This document shows positions 1-8,870 of a stretch of 64,000 nt of DNA, in pieces (positions within the stretch are counted from its first letter, which is position 1; each line of letters starts with the position of its first letter). The translations under genes and the position numbers were made by a program. The notes under the pieces were generated by a model. The model did not search any database. It saw nothing but the letters and a program-made list of their open reading frames with translations, and was not told where the DNA came from. Source of the DNA: Gammaproteobacteria bacterium (GTDB lineage: Bacteria; Pseudomonadota; Gammaproteobacteria; SZUA-152); the NCBI GenBank assembly GCA_021648485.1, contig JAKISS010000002.1, positions 14,443 to 78,442 of the forward strand. The letters run 5' to 3'.

Positions 1-3000
1 ATTCACCTGACAATACATTCAGATGTTTTTCAATTTTATATTGTTCCCCTTCAATGACAATTATTTGGTCTGGAAGCGATGAGAAACCTTCGCTTAGCAT
101 TTTATCGAAAATGGAGATACCTCTCTCACTTTCCAGCGCCTTCATTCCAAACACATCCCACAAATGTTCTTCTTCCTCCTTGATCACCCCGATTCCACCG
201 TTTTTCCATAACGGCCAGTTTATTGCAATGGTTTTTCCTGTTCGCTCGTCCTTCTCCAGCAAGTGATTCCTATGCGATGAAAACTCATCCAGGAAACTGT
301 TTGCTACGGCATAATCACACTGCCCCTGATTGGGCATAATGGAAGCAATTGATGAAAATAAAACGAAAAAGTCCAGCTGATCCTGACTGGTTGCCTTGTC
401 CAGGTTAACTGTGCCTATTATTTTTGGTGAAACAACGTTGTCAAATGATTCCCCGGTTTTATGGATGATGTAAGAATCCTCAATCAAACCGGCACAATTA
501 AGCACACCATTTAGCTGAACATCTTCTGTTCGGATTTCCTGACAAACATTAATCAACGCGGCTTCATTGTTGATATCGACAGAATAATATTTCCCATCGC
601 CACCGAGATGGCGAAGCTGAGCAAGCTTTGTTTCAATATTATCGTTTATTTTTGAGCGTCCCATCAGGATCAATCGCGCGCCATAGTTCCTGGCAAGATG
701 CTGGGCAAAAAGATACCCTAATCCTCCTGCACCGCCTGCAATCAAATACGTTCCATTTTGTTTAATCAAGGATTTATCCAGCGTTGCAGAAAAAATCTCA
801 TGGCGCACCATCAAACGGACTTTCCGCTGCCCATTAACGTAGCGCACTTCGGTGAGAGGTGTATTTCGATAAAAACCCAGTTCCTGAGACACCACGCCAG
901 CGATTTTTTCCGGACTATGCTCATCCAGCCCCACAGAGGTAATATTGATGTTCGGGTTTTCAAATGTCAGTGTTCTTGAAAAGCCACCCACTGATGCATG
1001 CAGACATGTTTCTACAGAGTCCCGGACAGGATATAGATATAATATACGCACACGATGCGATAACTTGGCCAGCATCAGAGATTGCGTTAATGTCAACAAT
1101 AATTTTACGCCTAAATCAATATTTTGTGCTATTGGCGAAGCGTTTTTATAATTAACTTTATAATTCCATTTATATATTATTGCTTCCGCTTCTATTCCCT
1201 GTTTTTTAACGGCATCCCATAATAATTTAAACGAATCACTCTTTTTATGATTAATCGTATAAGTGTTTTTTCCAGTTTGCTTAAATTTATTTCCCGTCTT
1301 TACCAGAATTATATGTTTATATCTTCCTGTTTTTCGCAAAAATGTCGATAACGATGGATTAGTATCAAAAATAATAATGGATGAGGTGTTTTCATTGTGC
1401 ATTCCTGACTTTCTCGGAATCCACTGCGGCGTGTAATGAAATATATTATTTTCCATAATGTTCTTTTCATTATTTGTAGACATTTTATGTGCAGGTGCAT
1501 CACCTGATACCACCAATGGCGAATATTCACGTTTAACAAATTCCAAAAATTCAACAATGATATTTCCTTGTTGGTCACACAAATACATATTAAAGGATGC
1601 TTGATCATCATCTATTGATTTACTGTTTATGGCTGAATATACATAACATTGCTTCGGAATATTTCCGTGTATTTTGATTGTTTTCAGATGGAAAGGAACT
1701 TTTTGCTCCTGCTTTTTTTCTGTATTCAATATCTGTAGAGCAACAACGGACTGAAAAACCCCATCGAGCATGGATGGTTCCAGCAGGTTATCAGCCGAAA
1801 CAGTGATGTCCGGAGATTGCTTTAATTCACATAATATTTCCGTTTTATTGTAGTAACAAGACTTTATGCTTTGAAAGGTATCACCATAGGTCAATCCATT
1901 TTGTATAAACTGCTGATACAATGCCTGATGTTCCAACGTTAACTGGCATCGCATCCTTATTTTTCCAATATCAAGTCGGCGCAGTGGTTTTTCCTGATGA
2001 CCGGTAATGATAGCTCCCGTACAATAAACTTCATCACCTTTTACCAGTGAGAGGTTATGGCTTTTATCAGAATCTCCTCGGGTATATTTCACATTAAGGT
2101 GAACATCCTGCTCCACCTTAATGGCTTTCGCCCAATAAATATCCTTTAATATCCGGACAGGTTTCCGGCTTATTTTTTCTCCTGCCACTTGAAAAATATC
2201 CAGACACTTGACTCCGGGAACAATACTCACCCCTTTGACAATATGATCACGTATAAAATAATCGGATTTTGAAAATGTCTGGGAGATAAGAGAATGTCCC
2301 TCTTTTCCATTTAATATCCGTTCTTTGTTTTCTTCCAGACGGGGAAACCAGCAATGTCGCTTTTGGAACGGATATACCGGTAACTGAATCCTGTTTCCTT
2401 TCTGACATTGAACAATATCTTTCCAGTCAACAGCACCGCCCTTCGCCCAATATTCAACCGTCTCATCAATGTTATGGCTGTCAAAAACCGGTGAAGGGAA
2501 TGGAGATTTTTTGTCTTCGCCTGCATCACCAACAAATACCTGGTTATTTCGATTATTTTCGGTGAAATCCTGCAACCCCCTCAGTAATTTCTGATAATCA
2601 TCGACTAAAAATGCAACCCGTTTTTCCAATGCTTCACGGCCATTTTGCAGGGTAAAACATATATCAGAAATAGAACAACGTCCGTCTTTCCTGTTCAGAT
2701 ATTTGTAAAGTGATACAACATATTCATTTAACTGCTCACTTGTTTTCGCAGAAACCGGGACGATATATTTTTTATCGGTTTTTGACCGTTTTCCTGCGGG
2801 TAGTGATTTATTGTTTCTGTCAAAGAGAGGTGGTTCCTCTACTATCACATGTGCATTGACGCCTCCCATTCCAAAAGAGCTAATACCTGCTCGTAACGGG
2901 TACTCAACACCATCCAGTCTGATGTTATTCCATTCCTGATGCTCATCGACAATATAAAATGGGCTGCCATCCAGTTTGATGTAAGGGTTTAGTGCTTCAA

Positions 3001-4153
3001 AATGCAGTAATGCCGGTATCTTTTTATATTTAAAACCCAGCAACACCTTAATAAGTCCCGCGACACCCGCTGCACTTTCAAGATGACCGACATTCGTCTT
3101 GGTTGAAGTCAAACCACAAAACGGGGATTCATCACCCTTCAAATACGGCTGATAAGCCTGTTTCAGTGCATTAATTTCAACAGGGTCTCCGAGCGGAGTA
3201 CCCGTGCCATGTGTTTCAATATAACCAATGGTTTTTGGATTAACATCAGCAGCAGTAATCGCAGCACTGATGGTGGAAGCCTGCGCAGACACTTTGGGGG
3301 CCGTTAAAAAATTGGATCGCCCACCGTGCTTTACTGCGGAACCCTTGATGACTCCCAGGACATTATCTTTATCGGATATTGCCTGGGCCAGAGATTTTAT
3401 GAAGACGACGCCAACACCCTCGCCTCTTACGTATCCATTGGCTTTGGCATCAAATGACCTGCACTGACCATCCTCTGACAACATGCCGGACTTGCTGTGC
3501 GAGATATACATCGTTGGACTGAGAATCGTATTGACTCCGCCAACAACAGCCGCTTCACAAAACCCGTTGTTAATATCATTAACAGCATTATCCAAAGCCA
3601 CCAAAAAGCTGGAGCATGCCGTATCAACCACTTCACTTTTTCCTTGGAAATCCAGTAACCAGGATACACGATTGGCCAAAATTGAATGCACTGTGCCTGT
3701 TGATAAAAAAGAAATAATCGGTACTTTCTGTTCTCTCATCAGTTCTGCATAATCATTTTTCGATACGCCGGCATATACCCCAATATCCCTTCCTGCCAGA
3801 CCTGCCGGGTTATACCCTGCATCTTCAATGGCATGCCATGTGGACTCCAGAAAAAGTCTGTGCTGTGGGTCCATATAACCGGCTTCACGGGGGGATATTT
3901 TGAAAAAAAGCGGATCAAATTTATCGACATCTTCAATAAACCCACCATATTTTATGTTTGTCTTGCTATCTTCACTGGCAGGGTCTCCATAATAATCTTC
4001 CCAGAGCCATCGATCTTTCGGTATTTCACCCACACAATTTTTTCCGGCAATTAAATTGTCCCAGTATTCTTCATAATTTCTCGCGCCCGGAAATCGGCAA
4101 GCCATTCCAATAATGGCAATATCATCATTTTTCCTGCTATTTTTTACTTTCAT
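1..4153 (-). CDS. Modular type I polyketide synthase, AT-less (trans-AT-type) module KS-DH-KR; N-terminal ~1384 codons only, continues past window start
   Basis: Absent from the ORF track because no stop codon lies inside the window. An ORF ending at any in-frame stop would have been listed, so the frame is open from ATG 4153-4151 to base 1. My translation starts MKVKNSRKNDDIAIIGMACRFPGA. KS motifs: DTACSS (Cys codon 3614-3616), ETHGTGTPLGDP (His codon 3209-3211), NVGHLESAAG. A ~190-aa post-KS linker ends LPVYPFQKRHCWF and has no GHSxG acyltransferase motif. DH motif HIVKGVSIVPG (His codon 2243-2245). KR Rossmann GGAGGLG (716-736) and YAVAN. Confidence 0.9.
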   Translation of the reverse strand, partial: MKVKNSRKNDDIAIIGMACRFPGARNYEEYWDNLIAGKNCVGEIPKDRWLWEDYYGDPASEDSKTNIKYGGFIEDVDKFDPLFFKISPREAGYMDPQHRLFLESTWHAIEDAGYNPAGLAGRDIGVYAGVSKNDYAELMREQKVPIISFLSTGTVHSILANRVSWLLDFQGKSEVVDTACSSFLVALDNAVNDINNGFCEAAVVGGVNTILSPTMYISHSKSGMLSEDGQCRSFDAKANGYVRGEGVGVVFIKSLAQAISDKDNVLGVIKGSAVKHGGRSNFLTAPKVSAQASTISAAITAADVNPKTIGYIETHGTGTPLGDPVEINALKQAYQPYLKGDESPFCGLTSTKTNVGHLESAAGVAGLIKVLLGFKYKKIPALLHFEALNPYIKLDGSPFYIVDEHQEWNNIRLDGVEYPLRAGISSFGMGGVNAHVIVEEPPLFDRNNKSLPAGKRSKTDKKYIVPVSAKTSEQLNEYVVSLYKYLNRKDGRCSISDICFTLQNGREALEKRVAFLVDDYQKLLRGLQDFTENNRNNQVFVGDAGEDKKSPFPSPVFDSHNIDETVEYWAKGGAVDWKDIVQCQKGNRIQLPVYPFQKRHCWFPRLEENKERILNGKEGHSLISQTFSKSDYFIRDHIVKGVSIVPGVKCLDIFQVAGEKISRKPVRILKDIYWAKAIKVEQDVHLNVKYTRGDSDKSHNLSLVKGDEVYCTGAIITGHQEKPLRRLDIGKIRMRCQLTLEHQALYQQFIQNGLTYGDTFQSIKSCYYNKTEILCELKQSPDITVSADNLLEPSMLDGVFQSVVALQILNTEKKQEQKVPFHLKTIKIHGNIPKQCYVYSAINSKSIDDDQASFNMYLCDQQGNIIVEFLEFVKREYSPLVVSGDAPAHKMSTNNEKNIMENNIFHYTPQWIPRKSGMHNENTSSIIIFDTNPSLSTFLRKTGRYKHIILVKTGNKFKQTGKNTYTINHKKSDSFKLLWDAVKKQGIEAEAIIYKWNYKVNYKNASPIAQNIDLGVKLLLTLTQSLMLAKLSHRVRILYLYPVRDSVETCLHASVGGFSRTLTFENPNINITSVGLDEHSPEKIAGVVSQELGFYRNTPLTEVRYVNGQRKVRLMVRHEIFSATLDKSLIKQNGTYLIAGGAGGLGYLFAQHLARNYGARLILMGRSKINDNIETKLAQLRHLGGDGKYYSVDINNEAALINVCQEIRTEDVQLNGVLNCAGLIEDSYIIHKTGESFDNVVSPKIIGTVNLDKATSQDQLDFFVLFSSIASIMPNQGQCDYAVANSFLDEFSSHRNHLLEKDERTGKTIAINWPLWKNGGIGVIKEEEEHLWDVFGMKALESERGISIFDKMLSEGFSSLPDQIIVIEGEQYKIEKHLNVLSGE

Positions 4154-4162
4154 AATTAATTT

Positions 4163-5536
4163 TCAATTTGTGATTTTTTCATTGACAAGCTGCTCCGGGG
4201 GAATATTCTCAGGTGAGTAATCCGCAAACCCGTCATCTTTGAGTCTGCCGACAACATACACTTCACCTTTTTTTATGAACCCCAGGTCACCCGTGCTTAG
4301 GTACGGTCCATCACCAGAGTCTTCAAGATAAATATTGAACGATTTTTCTGTTTCTTCAGGTTTATTCCAATAACCCATTGCATTACACTGACTACTGACC
4401 AGAATTTCCCCTGTCTCCATATCATTACTTCTTATTCGAGTCCCTGGAACAACAATCACCACCTGTGCATCAATCACTGCTAACCCAGAACTGATCGTCT
4501 TGAGTTTTTCATCGCTACTCTGGTTTTTTACTGACGCTACATAAGGAGACTCTGCCAGTCCATAAACAGGTTTCAAAGCTGTTTTTTTCAGACCGCAGTG
4601 CCTAAATTTTTCAAAAAAACCATTCATCGTTTCTTTTTTTATAGGCTCGCCACTGTTATATGCCGTATTCCATTTGGATAAATTCAGATTCTGTCGGGAA
4701 TCCAGTGACTGATCAATACACATACCATAGGCAAAGTTGGGCGCCCCACTGAATGTAATATCGTATCGGGTAATTGCATTCAGCCAGCCATGCGGATTTT
4801 TATAAAAATCAAACAGAGAAAACATATACCCTTTGTAACCACAATAAAGTGGCTGAAGAATACCGAAAACCAGGCCTAGATAATGATAATGAGGAAGCCA
4901 GTTCATTGACCGGCTTGACACTGTCAGCTTGTACTGTCGTTCAATACACTTATGTACATTCCTAATATTGTCATGACTGATCATGACAATATTAGGAATC
5001 CCTTTTTTAGCTGATGTCCGTTGTAGATAAGCAATATTGTGACTTTTTATCAATGGCATGGACCAATGCGCTATTAAATCACTTGCTATGTCTTCAACAG
5101 ATAAAAAAACTTTTTTGGATAATGTTTTTGAATTGAAAAAATACTGCACGACGTCATCAAAAATTGATGCACTCGTAAGAACAATATTGATATTCGCTTT
5201 TTCAATTATATTTCTGATATGGGATAGCTGATCCCCACTGTGCCGAGTGTCACCAAGTGGCGGTGCTGTTGTTACTGGAATCGCACCACTGTACATCGCT
5301 CCCATAAAGGCATAAATAAACTCCACTCCCTGAGGAAAAAGCAATAAAACTCTATCTGATGGAGAGATTATTTGTTGCAGCCTTCCTGCAACTGCTGCTG
5401 CCCGGATATGCAACTGTTGATTGGATAACTGAGACACAACATTGCATTGATCATCCAAATAAGAGAACGCAATATTCTCTGGAGCGTATTCCGCCCTCAT
5501 GATCAGCGTTTCAACCAGATTAGTTGCTTCCTGCAT
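4163..5536 (-). CDS. Fatty acyl-AMP ligase (FAAL)-like adenylation N-domain, lacking the C-terminal subdomain
   Basis: 457-aa ORF with FAAL-type motifs WLPHYHYLGL, SGAPNFAY, YGLAESP, TGDLGF, GRLKD. The protein ends 23 aa after the GRLKD hinge. The P-loop position reads RTSAKKGIPN instead of the usual YTSGSTGxPK. Confidence 0.8.
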   Translation of the reverse strand: MQEATNLVETLIMRAEYAPENIAFSYLDDQCNVVSQLSNQQLHIRAAAVAGRLQQIISPSDRVLLLFPQGVEFIYAFMGAMYSGAIPVTTAPPLGDTRHSGDQLSHIRNIIEKANINIVLTSASIFDDVVQYFFNSKTLSKKVFLSVEDIASDLIAHWSMPLIKSHNIAYLQRTSAKKGIPNIVMISHDNIRNVHKCIERQYKLTVSSRSMNWLPHYHYLGLVFGILQPLYCGYKGYMFSLFDFYKNPHGWLNAITRYDITFSGAPNFAYGMCIDQSLDSRQNLNLSKWNTAYNSGEPIKKETMNGFFEKFRHCGLKKTALKPVYGLAESPYVASVKNQSSDEKLKTISSGLAVIDAQVVIVVPGTRIRSNDMETGEILVSSQCNAMGYWNKPEETEKSFNIYLEDSGDGPYLSTGDLGFIKKGEVYVVGRLKDDGFADYSPENIPPEQLVNEKITN

Positions 5537-6724
5537 TATGTTTTCTCACTCAACCTTATCAGCAGAAAACAGTATTTTAAATATCATATTTTTCTCCATA
5601 AAAATATCCGGTATCTATCAAAGATGCTATAAAATATGACCCATACATAATCCAATGATATGAAATAAAAACATTAGAAAAACATAATACCGAGATAAAT
5701 TATGAATCGATATAGTTCTTGTTAACGCGAAACAATATAAAGACGTTCCACTTCAATAATAAAATATTGTAAGTATTACTATATTGATAGTGGACACCAT
5801 TAAAAAATATCTGTTACCTAATATCGGTTTTTTCTACGTATACACAAAGAGATGTCGGCGAAGAATTATCCAGGATTAATCGCATTTTTTAACGGTATTC
5901 AGAGATCACTTTGAATAATTGATCCCTCTACTGCGTTATTGACTTTTTCTATCAATGACACTTGATCCGCAATTTCACCACTTTCACTGAAGCAATCATT
6001 ACGTTAAGGAATGGAAATTAAATAAGTTATATAATTAGCATCTCTAATCTATTATTTTTCGGGGGAACAGACATCGCTGTTTCAGTACTTTTCCTTATAC
6101 TTAAATATTAACATTTATTAATATGTGATATATAACGCTTTCAATCTAACGATATTTAGCTTTACTTTTCAACGAAAACCTAAAACCCATACCACGAAAG
6201 GTGCAACAAACCATTAATCGGTTATGTGCCTCTTTTACTCCCCCCACTTGTTGCATACTATCTATAATTCAAAAATACGCAATCCATGTCATTTGTCCAT
6301 TCTTGCTCTTTTTGTTTAAAAACCATCATACGACATACAACATTAATATCTGGTAATACATCACTCAAGCCATCGATGACGGGTGTATTTCTTCAATAAT
6401 CATAAAGTTCCCTCAATGATGCCTCTCGATATCTTCGAAAAATGTTAATCTCAAATACCTTCAGACACATAACAACTTACAAAGGAACAACTTTCGCTGC
6501 TTCTTATTCTTCCTCGAAAAGTATTTTTATCGTTGGTTTTTCCGGATTTGTTGAAATGGGACACAACAATGCTGAGGTGTCTGAAAATTCAACCCCTTTG
6601 CTGGTTTATACTGACATCTGGTTACTCTGGTTTTGTTTTCCTGCGAGATTCCAAACAGCGGAAATCCAATGAGTTGGAGATTTGTTGACGTGTTAACGAA
6701 TAACCACTGTCGGCGAATAGATTC

Positions 6725-7318
6725 CTACACACTTTTTCGATTGAGAAAAACGAGTTGAAAACAATCTGATTCGTAGCGAACTCTGCTCAGGCCTGCATTA
6801 ACCACCTGAATACGGTAAACCGCCATTGCTGGAATATCCAAAACATGTGCCATAATGGCCCGGATCACTCCAGCATGCGCCACCACCAGCACATGCTGAC
6901 CGGAAAAATCAGCCACAATGGTTTTAAGCGCACTGGATACGCGCGCAAAAAATACATCTAACGGCTCTGCTCCTGGCGGGCGATTACTCACCGGGTCGCG
7001 ATAAAAAGCTTGATAGTCAGATAACTCACGGGCTTGTATCTCGTCATGGGTCAGACCCTCCCAGCTCCCAAAGCCGACCTCTTTTAACCGGTCATCTATC
7101 CGTACCGGAACATGGTGCTGTTGATTCAGCTCATCTGCAAAAGCATGACAGCGAACAAGTGGCGACGACACAATCTGTGTCCACGGGCAACCACTTTCCA
7201 CCACCCGGCGCATTTGCGTCCACCCCTTTTCACTCAGTACATCGTCAATGGAATGCCCGCGAAAACGACGGCCACCTTCTGGTTCTCCATGGCGAATAAA
7301 ATCAATGACTGTTTCCAT
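6725..7318 (-). CDS. Histidine phosphatase family protein (phosphoglycerate mutase / CobC-like)
   Basis: N-terminal FIRHGEP (RHG catalytic motif) and a later VVAHAGVIRA (second His); 197 aa. Confidence 0.8.
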   Translation of the reverse strand: METVIDFIRHGEPEGGRRFRGHSIDDVLSEKGWTQMRRVVESGCPWTQIVSSPLVRCHAFADELNQQHHVPVRIDDRLKEVGFGSWEGLTHDEIQARELSDYQAFYRDPVSNRPPGAEPLDVFFARVSSALKTIVADFSGQHVLVVAHAGVIRAIMAHVLDIPAMAVYRIQVVNAGLSRVRYESDCFQLVFLNRKSV

Positions 7319-7581
7319 GCTGTCATTCTGTCAAGACAATAACAGTAATACAATAAAAACGATTGCCATTTTCCGGCAGTCAGCTTCACATATACCTGAC
7401 TTTTATATGTTATTTTTCTCCACCTAAGAACGCCCGTTTTTGGTGCAAAGCATATCCCAACGTCAATAATAATAAGCCCCGGCATAAAGAGGTGATCTAC
7501 CCTCACAGGTACCAGCTGATATAATATGCGCAACTACTATCGGACTGCCGCGTCCCGCGCAGTAACTTTCAGGAGTAAAAT

Positions 7582-8406
7582 ATGAATCAAAAAACTCACG
7601 ACGATATTCGCCAGCATGTGCGTGACAGCTATGCAGAGGTGGCCGAAGCCAGCAACAACAGCAACGGCTGCGGCGTGGAAAGCAGTTGCTGCGGCGTGTC
7701 GGATGACGAGGCCATTAATACCATCATCTCCACTCGCCTGGGCTATTCAACTGATGAACGCGGCAGTGTGCCCGAAGGTGCTGACATGGGTCTGGGTTGC
7801 GGCAACCCGCGTGCCATTGCCAGCCTCAAACCCGGTGAAGTGGTGGTGGATCTCGGCAGTGGCGGCGGCTTTGATGCTTTTCTCGCCGCACAGGAAGTCG
7901 GTGAAAATGGCCGCGTCATCGGCATTGACATGACACCCACCATGCTCAGCAAGGCACGCACCAATGCTGAAAAAGGCAAATACACACAGGTAGAGTTCCG
8001 GCTGGGTGAAATAGAACATCTGCCCGTAGCTGACAACTCCATTGACGTGATTATGTCCAACTGTGTTATCAACCTTTCTCCCAATAAATTACAGGTCTTT
8101 CGTGATGCCCTGCGCATCCTCAAACCCGGTGGTCGTCTGGCCATTTCCGATATCGTCGCCAGCGCCGAGATGCCGGAAGACATGAAAAATGACCCTATAC
8201 TGCATGCAGGTTGCATGGCGGGTGCCGAACTGGTCGATGATTTAAAAGCGATGATGAGCGAAGCAGGTTTTGAGAATATCCGCATCGCACCAAAAGACGA
8301 GTCCAAAGATTTTATTAAAGACTGGGCACCGGGACGCGGCGTCGAGGACTATGTGCTATCTGCCACCATTGAAGCCGTTAAACCGGGCGGAGGGTGTTGC
8401 TGCTGA
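7582..8406 (+). CDS. arsM: Arsenite S-adenosylmethionine methyltransferase
   Basis: SAM fold VVDLGSGGGFD. Conserved Cys positions: N-terminal SSCCGV, LGCGNP, SNCVINL, HAGCMAGA. Cys-rich C-terminus GGGCCC. RBS AGGAG lies upstream of the ATG. Confidence 0.85.
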   Translation: MNQKTHDDIRQHVRDSYAEVAEASNNSNGCGVESSCCGVSDDEAINTIISTRLGYSTDERGSVPEGADMGLGCGNPRAIASLKPGEVVVDLGSGGGFDAFLAAQEVGENGRVIGIDMTPTMLSKARTNAEKGKYTQVEFRLGEIEHLPVADNSIDVIMSNCVINLSPNKLQVFRDALRILKPGGRLAISDIVASAEMPEDMKNDPILHAGCMAGAELVDDLKAMMSEAGFENIRIAPKDESKDFIKDWAPGRGVEDYVLSATIEAVKPGGGCCC

Positions 8407-8435
8407 CACCATAATCAATTTAATGCCGGACAATA

Positions 8436-8480
8436 AACGGGGTCTCGTCACGGATAAACGACGAGACCCCGTTCTTTTTT
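8436..8480 (+). terminator. Rho-independent terminator of arsM
   Basis: 13-bp stem aacggggtctcgt / acgagaccccgtt followed by a T run (8475-8480). Confidence 0.8.
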
Positions 8481-8509
8481 CAGTCCTTCAAATCACCCGT
8501 ACATTTCAA

Positions 8510-8684
8510 CCTAAATTAATCAGTTAAACCATAGCGAGAGCGACTAAGATGCGGAAGATAAAGCGTTTTTCAAGTTATTTTGGACGAAAGCGTATCACCC
8601 ATACGGTGAGTTCAACATGTTCTGAAAAACACTTTAGATTCTGTGTCTTAGGCGTTCGCAGTAGATTTAACTGATTAATTTAGG
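8510..8684. mobile_element. MITE family 1, full copy A (175 bp)
   Basis: Terminal inverted repeats cctaaattaatcagttaaac... / ...tttaactgattaatttagg. Flanked by the 5-bp direct repeat ttcaa (8505-8509 and 8685-8689). Near-identical to the copy at 56883..57057. Confidence 0.85.
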
Positions 8685-8870
8685 TTCAATCTTCCTGTCA
8701 TAAAACATGCGCCAATCCACCCTCTGAATATCTGAATCTAAAAAGTGAACAATTTGTGATTGATTCGTGATGTTTGGATCAGTTGCGCGATAGACACTAA
8801 CCGAGTTCGCACCCGCTCACACGGACAAGTGCGTAATAACAAAAACTCTCAATCAGCTCGGAGATTTAAA

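Noticed and set aside
4163-4165. In-frame TGA between FAAL and PKS as a selenocysteine codon
   Set aside because: The sequence immediately downstream (aaattaattatgaaagtaaaaaatagc...) is AT-rich with no SECIS-like hairpin. Nothing in the context suggests a selenoprotein.
7616-8306. Long alternative-frame and antisense ORFs inside GC-rich genes. Examples: 7616..7933 and 7743..8306 in arsM; 15378..15892 in the symporter; 29615..30454 and 30237..30875 over alsS/dsbA; 27233..28078; 44376..44972; 45138..45677.
   Set aside because: They overlap genes with clear family motifs. They have Arg/Pro/Ala/Ser-rich low-complexity translations typical of shadow ORFs and no recognisable motifs.
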